The notes under the pieces are model-generated. The model searched no databases, was not told the DNA's origin, and worked only from the letters and a program-made list of their open reading frames with translations. A program made the position numbers and the translations under genes. A stretch of 59,405 nucleotides of DNA, filler included, from Sphacelaria rigidula (Eukaryota): the NCBI GenBank assembly GCA_964200075.2. It is 9 parts of 9 records of this genome, joined end to end, with 100 filler letters (N's around TTAATTAATTAA, not from the genome) between each part and the next. Parts side by side here need not be neighbours in the genome. Positions count along the whole stretch, not along the records: positions 46,284 to 52,794 come from CAXNAA020019630.1; positions 52,895 to 59,405 come from CAXNAA020019631.1; 7 more parts are not named here. One strand, given 5' to 3'. Below, in pieces: positions 49,401 to 59,405 of the stretch; positions within the stretch are counted from its first letter, which is position 1; every line of letters starts with the position of its first letter.

Positions 49401-51382
49401 CGGCAAGGCCCGTATTTCGCCAAAAGTCCGAAATGAAACTCCGGGGGTCCGTTTTCTGGCTATAATAAGCGGTCTAAGCACACCCTTTTGATCATCCCTC
49501 ATGTTTCATATGCCATGTGTCTCTCCTAGCAAGTTGCACAATACTCACGCAAAATCGTGTATCGGTTTTCGACATCCACACGCACATTTAGCGTGGTCTG
49601 TGCTAATATATTTAGACACACGTACATAATACACAACACACCCATTGACCATCTTCTCTAAACCGGGGGGGCAGAAGAAAGTGTGAAGCCCCTCATCACC
49701 CCCCTCCCCCCCCTCAGGCACATACCCATCTTTGATCCGACTGACCCAAAGCATGAATGTGCCACATCATAGTCCCTCCAAACGACCACTTGTCTATCCA
49801 ATCATTCAAGTGGCCCTGGGACGAAGATTACCACGGTAAAGAAGTCAAGTACGCGTGTAACACTGGTAAGGTGAGAAAACGCTGGCAATGCCAATCACGT
49901 GTGGTAGGAACATCGATTGTGTAATTTGGGCAATACCTCAGATCGGTAAACAAAACAGGAGAGTGTACGCATCTTTTAATACCACAGAAGTAGAACGGGC
50001 ACTGTTTACACCGACGCAACTTGCCGTGTACTCACGAAACAGGTACCAACTTGTCCGCCGATAAGTTGACAAAAACGTGCGCTTGAAAAAGGGTGGGTTA
50101 GGAGGGCGCCGCTGTGTCGTTTGCCCTTAACGAGACTGATGGGTGGAACATGACGCGGGTTATGAACACCCACTGTTCATCTTCATATCATACATTTCTG
50201 ATAATACGCTGATAAATCAGAAAATTGCAGACATTTTTCACGTCGTAGTCTACCATGAACCACGGTTTCGTGAGATTGAGAGTAGAGAGTACAAGTGAGA
50301 AAGAAAAGCGGTCAATTAGTGAATGAATCGTTTCAGTTCCGAAATGCCTATCCACGAGGGCCGATACGCTTCCTGTAGTAGCTTGCCACTGAGGCCCTTG
50401 ATATCCCCAAGTGGGATATCGACGTGTAGCTGTAAGCACACGCCAGTGATGAGAGGTAACGAAAAGCACGCACGGAATGAAAAATTGGCAAGTTAAAGCG
50501 AATGATCAAAGGCACTCTTGATCAGCGCTCTACTCTCAATCTGACGAAAACGTTGTTCACGTTGTTCTGTTCTACTTTTTCTGTTTCTTCTTCAGCGAGT
50601 GTTTCAGTTTCGTTTCGTCTTCGGCACGTCGATCATGTGACCCCGGCTGGATCCCTGGGGAGTCGGTTGAAGTGCGACAATCAATCGAAATCAATCAATC
50701 TTTGGCGCTTCTTGGGCCATTCCGGCCACTAGTGATTTGCGAAAAGTCTCCTCCAGACCAACGAATCTACAAACCCAAGTATTCCCCCCCAGTGACGCCA
50801 TTCACTGTTCGAACGCCCCTCCGCCAAAACGTGGCCTCATACTCGTGAGTGACGTCCCTGGTCGATCAAGGATTTCTCAGCTGATCAGACTCCTCCGCCC
50901 GCAGTAAACATGTCGGCCAAAGGAAGAACTGCCGACACCGTTTCTCTCGATAACTGACGATGCATCACTCCAAATAATGTTACGTCGAGTCAGAGCAAGC
51001 GCCCGAGCACCCCCCACCCCCCCCCCAAAAAACGTATCACGGAAACCCCAAAAATCGAGCGCGTGTCTCCTGTTGTGCTGTACAACGACACCACTCCGTC
51101 AGTACTCAGAAGCGCGAAACAAACCAAATACTACAGTACCAGCCACTCGTTTACCTGATCATACAAGACACGATGGATATCACAAATAGATGGAGATGAT
51201 ACCCCCCCACGTCACGCACGCTCTGCAGACGGGGCTATCGAAGGGCAGCCCCCCCTCGTTGCCGTCGGAACTCAAATCCAGCCTATGATGCGTTCCTAGG
51301 CACTCCATACACCAACAGCGCCTTCGGGACTACTCCTATTGCACAACGTATCTGTGGTTACTCCAGACGTTTCAACACTTAA

Positions 51383-51480
51383 CCCTTAGCCCGCGAGGTT
51401 AGTCTTTCTGGTTCATGCATACTTTTTTTCACTTGAAATTGATGCCGATTCAACAGAAGACTAACCTCGCGGTCTAAGGG
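51383..51480. mobile_element. piggyBac-type MITE (98 bp), inverted near-identical copy of 48821-48919
   Basis: TTAA|CCCTTAGCCCGCGAGGTTAGTC ... GACTAACCTCGCGGTCTAAGGG|TTAA; the interior is the reverse complement of the first copy. Confidence 0.9.
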
Positions 51481-51984
51481 TTAACCGTAATCCCAACCTA
51501 TATCACAAAGCATTCGTACGCGCAGAGTTGCTGCGGTGTACGGGTCCCTCCTCGTGCCTGATACAACGACACTAACGTTTTCGTCTAGACACGTTTGTTG
51601 CATTTTCTTCAGTAAAAAAATACATTAAACACCTTCACATACAGCAGACACAACGGAGCTGTCCCACAAAAAACATTAATTTACAACTTTCGTGATTGCA
51701 AAATGGAGCCATTATTTTCTCAAACAATTTCGTGGATACTTGTTACCATAATTCCTATATGTGTAACGCCATTTGTATTGACAGCATCACAAAACATATG
51801 CACATGATGGGGACACCGAGGGGCTTGCCGTGTAAACTTCTCAATTTATACAAACGTGCCAAGAAAAAAACATGTACCAAACCAATAAAGAAAATAACAT
51901 CATAAAGGTCGGCGGTGAAACTCAACTCCACACATGTGTATATATTTACGTACTCGCGTCAAAAAAACAAGAGTACAGCCAGAA

Positions 51985-52680
51985 CTACTGTAGCGCTACA
52001 TGATGACTAGAACCTGGGCTCTCCCCATCCACCGTGCCATGCTCCCCACAAGTAGACGTCTCTGACTCCCCGCCTCGTACAGCGGCAGGCGTGTTTTTCG
52101 TTTTGACAGCTGTCGCAGCGAGCACATCTGCTGTGGTATTTTTGAAAAGCATCGACGACGACCGCACAGGCGGTTGGAGCAACAGGCTATACCTCGGCAT
52201 CCCGTTCTTCCGGTCCCACCCTACGCGAACAATGCCCTTTCCTTCCGCCTCCTCCTCCCCCGCCGCCGGCCGCCGACCAGTATTGTGATCATAAAACGTC
52301 TTCGAACAGTTCTGGGACTGTTTTTTCGAGGAACAGATCTCCGTAGATTGTTCCTCGCCAGCATCATCGCTAGGGCCCGCTTCGGGCGAAGAACGACTGC
52401 CACAAGAGTCCACACTGTTTTCAGGCGGTCGGGTCTTCAGCGCCCACTGCCGGCGGTGTCGTTGCGTTGGCAGCCGTCGCGGTGCCATGCCCTCGCCGGC
52501 GAGCATCATGCACCCCGAAATCGTGGCGAAGAATGCCTCCCATGATGCGGCGGCGTTCCGTGTAAACACAAACTTCTCCCGTCGCTCCGCGTCTTGATTC
52601 TTGTACTTTAGCTCGAGCAGCGACTCTTCCACAGCTTGAAGCAATGCTTGACCCATGGATTGATAGTATGTCCCCTTCAC
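51985..52680 (-). CDS. Terminal exon of a globin-domain protein (G and H helices plus a long low-complexity tail)
   Basis: cacag|VKGTYYQSMGQALLQAVEESL...FTRNAAASWEAFFATISGCMMLAG fits the globin pattern V-x3-Y/F-x3-G-x-ALL...F-T-x6-W-x2-F-x3-I-x3-M; the proximal His F8 exon lies outside the contig. Confidence 0.7.
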   Translation of the reverse strand: MKGTYYQSMGQALLQAVEESLLELKYKNQDAERREKFVFTRNAAASWEAFFATISGCMMLAGEGMAPRRLPTQRHRRQWALKTRPPENSVDSCGSRSSPEAGPSDDAGEEQSTEICSSKKQSQNCSKTFYDHNTGRRPAAGEEEAEGKGIVRVGWDRKNGMPRYSLLLQPPVRSSSMLFKNTTADVLAATAVKTKNTPAAVRGGESETSTCGEHGTVDGESPGSSHHVALQ

Positions 52681-53216
52681 CTGTGGGTGCACGTACGAGC
52701 GCGCGCGGGGGGGGGGGGGGGGGGGGGGGTGGGTGTTTTTTTTGGCGTACTTTGTATATGAACTCAAACCCCCCACTCCTCCACAACCCGGGGCNNNNNN
52801 NNNNNNNNNNNNNNNNNNNNNNNNNNNNNNNNNNNNNNTTAATTAATTAANNNNNNNNNNNNNNNNNNNNNNNNNNNNNNNNNNNNNNNNNNNNTGCAAC
52901 CAAATACCCCCCCCCCCTATCGTAGGATGACTCCCCCCAAGGGATCCAGCCGTGATCACATGATAGAAGTACCCAAGACAAACAAAACTGGAACACTCGC
53001 TCAAGAAAAATAAGGGAAAAGAAAAAAAAGTCGAATACTTTCTGACTTAAAGGACTAAGACGTTAAAAAAAATAAAAATGAAGAAAAGCAAAGCACAAGA
53101 AAAAATAGCCGATCTGGAACAAAGAGATAAAAAAGTGTATCCGCAGAGTTATCGATGAATAATAACCACAATACACACTGTCACAAGCGGCCGGCCACAA
53201 ATAAAAGCAAGCATAC

Positions 53217-53348
53217 CGGCGCGTTGAAGAAGTCTATCGCGGCCGGCTTCTTCTTTCCCCGGGCCGTTCGACCACCGCCAGCATCGCCGTCCTCTTCGTC
53301 TTCGTGACCATCCTCGATCTTTACTGCGCAGCTCTTTGGCCGGACAGT
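53217..53348 (-). CDS. Condensin I kleisin (CAP-H), following exon
   Basis: TVRPKSCAVKIEDG...GKKKPAAIDFFNAP|gtatgc; a basic patch plus IDF follows WAGxxHWK in CAP-H. Acceptor could be 53348 or 53351. Confidence 0.7.
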
Positions 53349-53836
53349 CTTCTCGCCGTGAACCAAAACAGCAACAACAACAACAACAACAACAACAAAC
53401 AGAATCACGTGAGAGGATCATACACTCGCCGTGAAGCAATCGAGGAGCATGATTCCTTTCATCTATTTGAATCGATTGATTGTTCGCACACTAGCTGATT
53501 GATCCTCGATAGACCCAGTCATGGTCATTATCCATAATATATATATATATATAAATGTAAATGGACGTTTGTGCTCAAGGTAAAACAAAACGGAATCGCC
53601 CGCTAAAATAAATAAATATAAAGGTGTGAGGAAACAAACAAACAACAAACGGGAGTAAACAGGGAGAACATAAAAAAAAGCAAACATGAACACAACGAAA
53701 ATAAAAACAAGCAAGAAAATGAAAGGAGAGAAACGCAACGGAAAGAGCCGGAAAAAAAAAAAACGTTCCGTCATCTACAATTAGTAGGATTCGAGGGAGG
53801 CGCTTTCGTGCTGCACTTCCCTCAAAGTACTTGTAC

Positions 53837-53947
53837 CTTTCTCTTGCGACCGACGAACTTCCAGTGCGAAGCACCGGCCCACTGGTTGGAAGCCGCGGCA
53901 GAGGCGAGCGCAGCCACGTCGTAGAACGCATAGTCATCGTCCACGAC
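53837..53947 (-). CDS. Condensin I kleisin (CAP-H/Barren/Cnd2), signature exon
   Basis: atcag|VVDDDYAFYDVAALASAAASNQWAGASHWKFVGRKRK|gtacaa matches the CAP-H Y-x-Y/F-F/Y...WAGPxHWK motif. This frame is not in the ORF track. Confidence 0.8.
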
Positions 53948-54112
53948 CTGATCGGAGGGACACAAAAAAAACACGGGGAATACACGGTGGTGTGGTCATC
54001 ATCTACAACCTGGTCGGAGGAGCACCAAAAATCATGATGACAAAAAAAATAACACAGTGTGAACAGACGATTTCCCAGCTTTCTCGGGTGCCGCAACCCC
54101 GGCCCCTTGAAC

Positions 54113-54384
54113 AATTTCACGGGTCGAACGAATGAATCATTCGTTCGTAAATTACTTGATTTTAGTGTAACTGATTCGTACCGTACGAATCAATCATTAG
54201 GTTTTGTTCTCAGCGTTGCAACCCAGGTACGCGCAACCCAGGCACGTGGAATGGTGCAAACATTGCGTGGAGACCTTTTCGACCAGCGGTCAACTTTTTT
54301 CATCTCTTTCGAGTAATCAGGCCTGAAAAATCGTGGATTTGGTGATTCGTACCGGCGATGATTCGTCCGAACCGTGAAAAATTT
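54113..54384. mobile_element. Small TIR element in a CAP-H intron
   Basis: AATTTCACGGGTCGAACGAAT / ATTCGTCCGAACCGTGAAAAATT, with internal tgattcgtacc repeats. Confidence 0.5.
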
Positions 54385-55866
54385 CACACGTCGGACAGCT
54401 CATGAGCTACCTGAACATTACTTCTTATTAGTATACGGATCCGGATCATGAGCTACAATAGCTTATTCGACCCCTGTCCACACATTTGCTCATCACCACG
54501 CTCTTCTTCCTTGAGGAAACGAGGAAACCTCACGCAACACTTTACCTGCGAGCGAGTTCGTGCGCCGATTACCCTGAGGCTCGGCTAGACCGCCTCGCGG
54601 CAGTCATGTGGGGTAGGCGCCTTAAGCGTTCGGAAAGCTTTGCTCAAGGTAAGTGTGGGGAGTCGAACCCACTAAAACCCCCTGTCAACTTAACGCAGTC
54701 CATGCACCTCTCCCTACTTTCGTGAGCATCGGGCCTAGCCCGTACAGCGCCGGACGCAGAGCACGCAGATAAGCGCAAAGGTTGGCGTTTTTTCACTTCT
54801 CTGACCCCGCGGTCATGCACTCAGTGTTTGTGGGTCAACGGGATCCTACTCTGATGGAATTGTTTCAGATAGCTAATGCGCTGTCCGAGGTGTGTTAATA
54901 TACATGAAGGGTTTTCCCCTACTACCACCACTCAGTTTGCTAGCCGAATGGTTCTCGCGAGAGCTACGATACTCCTAGATAGATTCTCCACGAGAAGCTA
55001 CCGTTTTGAGTTTCACGCTAGATCCTCAAAGCTAGACTCACCAAACGGAACACGGGTTCAGGCATCACGGTAGCCATTCTGCCGTGGGACATGTGTTTGT
55101 CAAATGCAGTACAGGACATGAAATCATAGCACACGAGTAGAATGCAAAATGCACCGTAAAAACAGTCATTGTCCACATTGACCTATGAAAGCAGGTAAAA
55201 CAACGCAAACTGCATGGTAAATATACCAGGGGTGATATGCACTATGCAATATAATAGAAGATGAGGAAAACTACCCCCCCCCCCCCCCCCAAATATATAC
55301 ATGGATGTAAAAGCGGGAATGTCCTGATCCATATTCTTGCGTATTTTCCAATTATAGGAGTCCGTAGGTGAGAAAAAAAATGATCCCAAATGTGCAATCT
55401 CCATCACAGCATGACTCCATAATGGGATATGTGCTACACGCTGAAAAATATGGCGATATCTACAGGGACGTACGTCTGTCGAGCATAGCCGTGATAAACG
55501 CTGACGCGACATCAACCATAGAGTGCGCAAGGACATGCGCGGAACCGACACAATACCCCTACACACTGATTGGCCTGGATTCCCTTCAAGTAAAACAGTA
55601 CACAACTACAACTGTCACAACAAGAAACGCGGGACCTGTAATACCCCCCCCTTCAAACACACCCGTTTACAGCACACACGCGCGCAAACCATACCACACT
55701 ATATCATCAAATCAGTAAAAAATACCCCGCCCGGAAAAAACACTCCGCTTCGCCCCCGATAATCCACCGCCCCCGTTCAACAACCACGCCGAAACTTCAA
55801 AAGCACAAAAACTGAAATCATGAAAACACAAATACACAACACGACACACACATACACATCACGTAC

Positions 55867-56047
55867 CTTCAGATCACCGCACAGTCTATCCTGCAAACTC
55901 GCCGGCCCTGTCATAAACATCCCGCCTTCCCCCGGCGAAGCACCGCCGTCGCCATTGCCACCGAAAGACAACCGCCCGCTGCCTGCGCCATTTTCCGGCG
56001 TTGTGGCTGGTCCCCAGGATTCTCCGTTGTCACCGTGGAAAGGATCG
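55867..56047 (-). CDS. Condensin I kleisin (CAP-H), next exon
   Basis: atcag|(A)DPFHGDNGESWG...SLQDRLCGDLK|gtacgt; phase 2 in, phase 0 out. Confidence 0.7.
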
Positions 56048-57093
56048 CTGATAGGTGGGGGAGGCGGGGGGGTGGAAAGGCACGTTGATAGGCTCTGGAT
56101 CACGAATATAATTTCAATCGAACCCTGGCTCATTTCACTTCGGTCGTACCTACTGCTTATCCAACAAGGGGTGCTAAAAACGGGTCTATTTCAAGATTAT
56201 CTCCGACATTTTCCGAAGAAAAACTTCGTCTCCGAAAAACGGAAAACATCAGATTTCCTGTCAATATATCAATTTTAGATTGACTACAGAGCTCTCCGAA
56301 AACCTAGCTCCGGATATGTCTTCAGCGATTTGTTTTCGGAGAGGTCGGCAAAAATCTTCGATTTTTCGGAAAAGGTTCAATAAAATTCTGGGGGGAAAAA
56401 GTTCAACTAGTGAGACCTCTTGGACCGCAATTCCACGCACAAACGTCATTTTCTCGCAAACGGTCTACCGTGAATTCACCGAACCTTCCCACACGAGGCT
56501 GTCATTTGAACCCTCATACGTTTCGTTTCGCTACCCTTGGACCTATAAACGGATGTGAAGAAAAAAAAATACAAAATGGTGTGTCTGTGAGATCAACAAC
56601 CTTGACCCTTTCGGAACCGTTCATGAAAAAATGACGATTTACAATTGACGTTTTCTTGGGCAAGATGTGTTTTTTCTTCTTTGGAAGTGTTGATGACGCA
56701 GCCCACCAAAACTGTCCACCACTCTAAGTTCAAGTACACTAATGTGATAGATTCGTGCACCGAACTCCAAGTGACAAATTGCCGGTGACGAAAGCTTGCA
56801 TATGGGGAGTTTGTTCTGTTTTCCGCGAGTTCCAGAGGGTTAACATACACGCTTGGATGATCTTTTGCGTTATATACTTGAGTCACCAGGTAGACAGGAC
56901 GACTAACCAAAAATCCTTCAGACATGAATTCATGATTTTTAGAAGTAACTTCAATTTCCACCGTAATTCAACATCCGGGGAAATCAATCTGACGAACCAA
57001 TCATATAAATATTGCGGATGATGCAAAAATATAAGCAGTGATTCGACAACACGTCGTGAATCACGCTCTTGGGTAAAATACGGATGCACTCAC

Positions 57094-57313
57094 GCGTCGT
57101 CTCCAAACGCGGCTTCGTCATCCTTCATGTCCACGACATGATCTGCTCTGCCATATCCACCCCCACCCAACAGGGAGGCCGCACCGTCATCCCTGGGAAT
57201 GTCATCGAATCCTACTCCCCCCCCTTCATTATCTGAATCAGAGTCTGTGTCGTTGTCGCCTCCGGCTTCATCATCTGCGTGGTTGGTGCTCCCGAAGTTA
57301 GCACCGTGCGCCG
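57094..57313 (-). CDS. Condensin I kleisin (CAP-H/Barren/Cnd2), acidic-region exon
   Basis: aagcag|..ADDEAGGDNDTDSDSDNEGGGVGFDDIP...DDEAAFGDD(A)|gtgagt; ends in phase 2, matching the next exon. Not in the ORF track. Confidence 0.7.
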
Positions 57314-58772
57314 CTGCTTAGTTCCAAACGGTGACGACAGTTTGTAGAGCAATTCGATGAACGTCAGGGGGGAGTGGGGTGGGACTGCTAATCCGATACT
57401 TTCTCGAAGGGGTCTTACGAATATTTTTGTTTTTTCTAGATTTTTCCTCATTTTTACCAAGAGGTTGAAATTTTCTCCCGAGTTATGTCAGAAACAAAAA
57501 AATAAGTGGGAAAAAAAAAAAAGCTATCATCACTTTTCGGAGAAAAAAAAATCTTCCAAAACGATTCAAGACTTCGCGGGTAATAAGTAAAATAAGAAAA
57601 AAACAATTAGGCCATTTTTCTTACGGTTGGCACTTTCCCGTCGTGTTTGTCAAAAACAATTCCATGAAAAAATACGGCTGGTAAAACTACTGTCTACAAG
57701 CTGATATCTGCATGATACTGTGATGTGCTGCAGTACAGACAGTACTGGCGGTATTGTCTGTACTGCACATTGTCCACATCTTTCACGTTGTCCGCATCAT
57801 TTTTACTACAAACGCTGTACCACTGTGTGCAAACTGACACCTGCAATCCGCACCGTATGCGGCACGCTAGCACATCATTAACCCTTGACGCCATCCCGCG
57901 TGCGCCGGGATGGCGAAGTGAAGTCTGTCCTAGTGTGTAAGCGGTGTGTTGGGGATGTTCGGCATCGCTGCCAGAAGAGCCCCGCAGATGACGAAGAAGG
58001 GTACAAATGTATTTTGTTTCGTTTTGTTTTTGTTTCTGACTTTAGTTGTTTTTTGTTCTTCAGTTTAGTTCTTCGGCGTCTTGTAACCTTTGTTTCTCCC
58101 CACTTTCCTTTTTTCCTTCAGCGGGCGTTTCTATTTCGTTTGCCTTGAGTATGCTCATCTTGTGACCCCGGCTGGGTCTTTCGAGGATCAGTCAATGTGC
58201 GACCATAAATCAATAAATGAAAACATAAAAAAACATTAATAATACGTATATCAATAAAAAAAAACAGTGAATGAGTCAATCAATTGATGATTGTTTGATT
58301 ACCTCACATTAGCTGATCAATCAATCAAGCAATCAATCAATCGATCATTAATTGATTTGACTCATTTCCTGATTTTTGTACAATAAAAGACAATAATATG
58401 ATGAAATGCAAATTACATATACATAATTCATTCATTCATTCATTATTGCTTGGGGATTGGATGGTTGGTTGGTTGGTTGGTTTTATATTTTATTTTTTGG
58501 AGAAAGGAAAGACAATATATTGATTGATTGTTTTATTTATTTATTTATATTTCATGTTTTCATTGATCGAGTTATGGTCGCACATTAAGTGATTCTCGAA
58601 AATGAATAGGTCGATCAATCAATCAGTCAACCAACCAACCCGATCAATCGAACCTCTATACATATTTCAGACAAAACCATACCCTTGAGAGTAATCGTGT
58701 CCCGCCCACCTACCAGTAGCGAAAAACAACAACGCTCGAAAAGACACACACAGTGCTGTAGAGCGACGAGAC

Positions 58773-58911
58773 CTGACGATCGCCACCATTTGTCCTCTTG
58801 GTGCGTGCTATTTGGGCATCTGTGAGGGACACCACGTTCCTGCTTTTCCTCGGGTCGGATCGACGGACTCTCACTTTTTCATCTTCTTCATGTGCGTGGT
58901 TTTTTGCTAGC
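58773..58911 (-). CDS. Candidate upstream exon of the same gene
   Basis: cacag|..LAKNHAHEEDEKVRVRRSDPRKSRNVVSLTDAQIARTK..|gt lies downstream of a (TTG)n tract; its phase does not match the 57313 exon unless a weak donor at 58787 or an extra exon is used. Confidence 0.3.
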
Positions 58912-58994
58912 CTGTGACCACGGAAGGCGTCCGCATTAGATGCCCAGTACGAATATACCGCGCAGACACATCGGAACGGCTTTTTAGTGTAAAG

Positions 58995-59036
<42 letters not shown>

Positions 59037-59054
59037 TGTGAAAACCACCACATA

Positions 59055-59240
59055 CAGTAGGTGGCCCTATATAGTGCGGGTTATATAGTGCGGGTTATAT
59101 AGTGCGCCTGCCCGGTTTGATGCGGCTGAAATCGCTTGTCACAGACGGAACCCGGTTTAGTGCGAATGTTGCACTATAAGGGAACCGTCCAGTTTAGTGC
59201 GTGTTTGGACCATTGTGAGACCTACATAGTGCGGGTGCCC
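59055..59240 (+). mobile_element. pogo/Tc1-like transposon end with subterminal repeats
   Basis: TA|CAGTAG terminus followed by three tandem TATATAGTGCG(GGT) units and further TAGTGCG copies. Confidence 0.5.
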
Positions 59241-59405
59241 GGCTGCAAAGGCTGTAAAACACGCACAGTTCACACGTTTCCCCCACACATACAGCAGTAC
59301 ATACTGCTCTACGCGGTCACTCGTCCGTCTCTCGGGGAGGGTTCGGGTTGGTGCTTGCATCCGCAAGGGCAAAAAACACAAGAGAACAAACTTTGGAAGC
59401 CTGTC

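Noticed and set aside
6513..52894. Regularly spaced TTAATTAATTAA motif, and gene-neighbourhood links across it
   Set aside because: Artificial linkers between unrelated contigs; ORFs containing X runs are artefacts.

Overview
This window is not one locus. It is nine unrelated eukaryotic contigs of about 6.5 kb (1-6512, 6613-13124, 13225-19736, 19837-26348, 26449-32960, 33061-39572, 39673-46183, 46284-52794, 52895-59405), joined by 100-nt N-TTAATTAATTAA-N linkers, so nothing can be linked across the linkers. Short exons in long repeat-rich GT-AG introns, (CA)n/(AATC)n microsatellites and the repeat families suggest a brown alga (Phaeophyceae) or related stramenopile; this is inference only. 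Supportable host genes: three exons of an ABC1/ADCK/UbiB atypical kinase; four phase-consistent exons of the condensin I kleisin (CAP-H/Barren/Cnd2); the last exon of a globin-domain protein; and a 933-aa low-complexity ORF. The rest is mostly mobile DNA: a decayed Ty1/Copia element, a decayed chromodomain-bearing Ty3/Gypsy element that seems to lack RT/RNase H, six copies of a tRNA-derived SINE, an (AATC)n-tailed retroposon family, and several MITEs (piggyBac-like, hAT-like, Tourist/Kolobok-like, foldback). The best leads for something undescribed are (i) a ~237-bp tandem array with a ~65-nt hairpin per unit next to an unassigned Cys-rich ORF (33061-37525) and (ii) a TIR element built from 41-bp repeats with a 6-bp flanking duplication and a unique core (28743-30523). 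I found no CRISPR array, no Fanzor/TnpB and no other clearly novel system.
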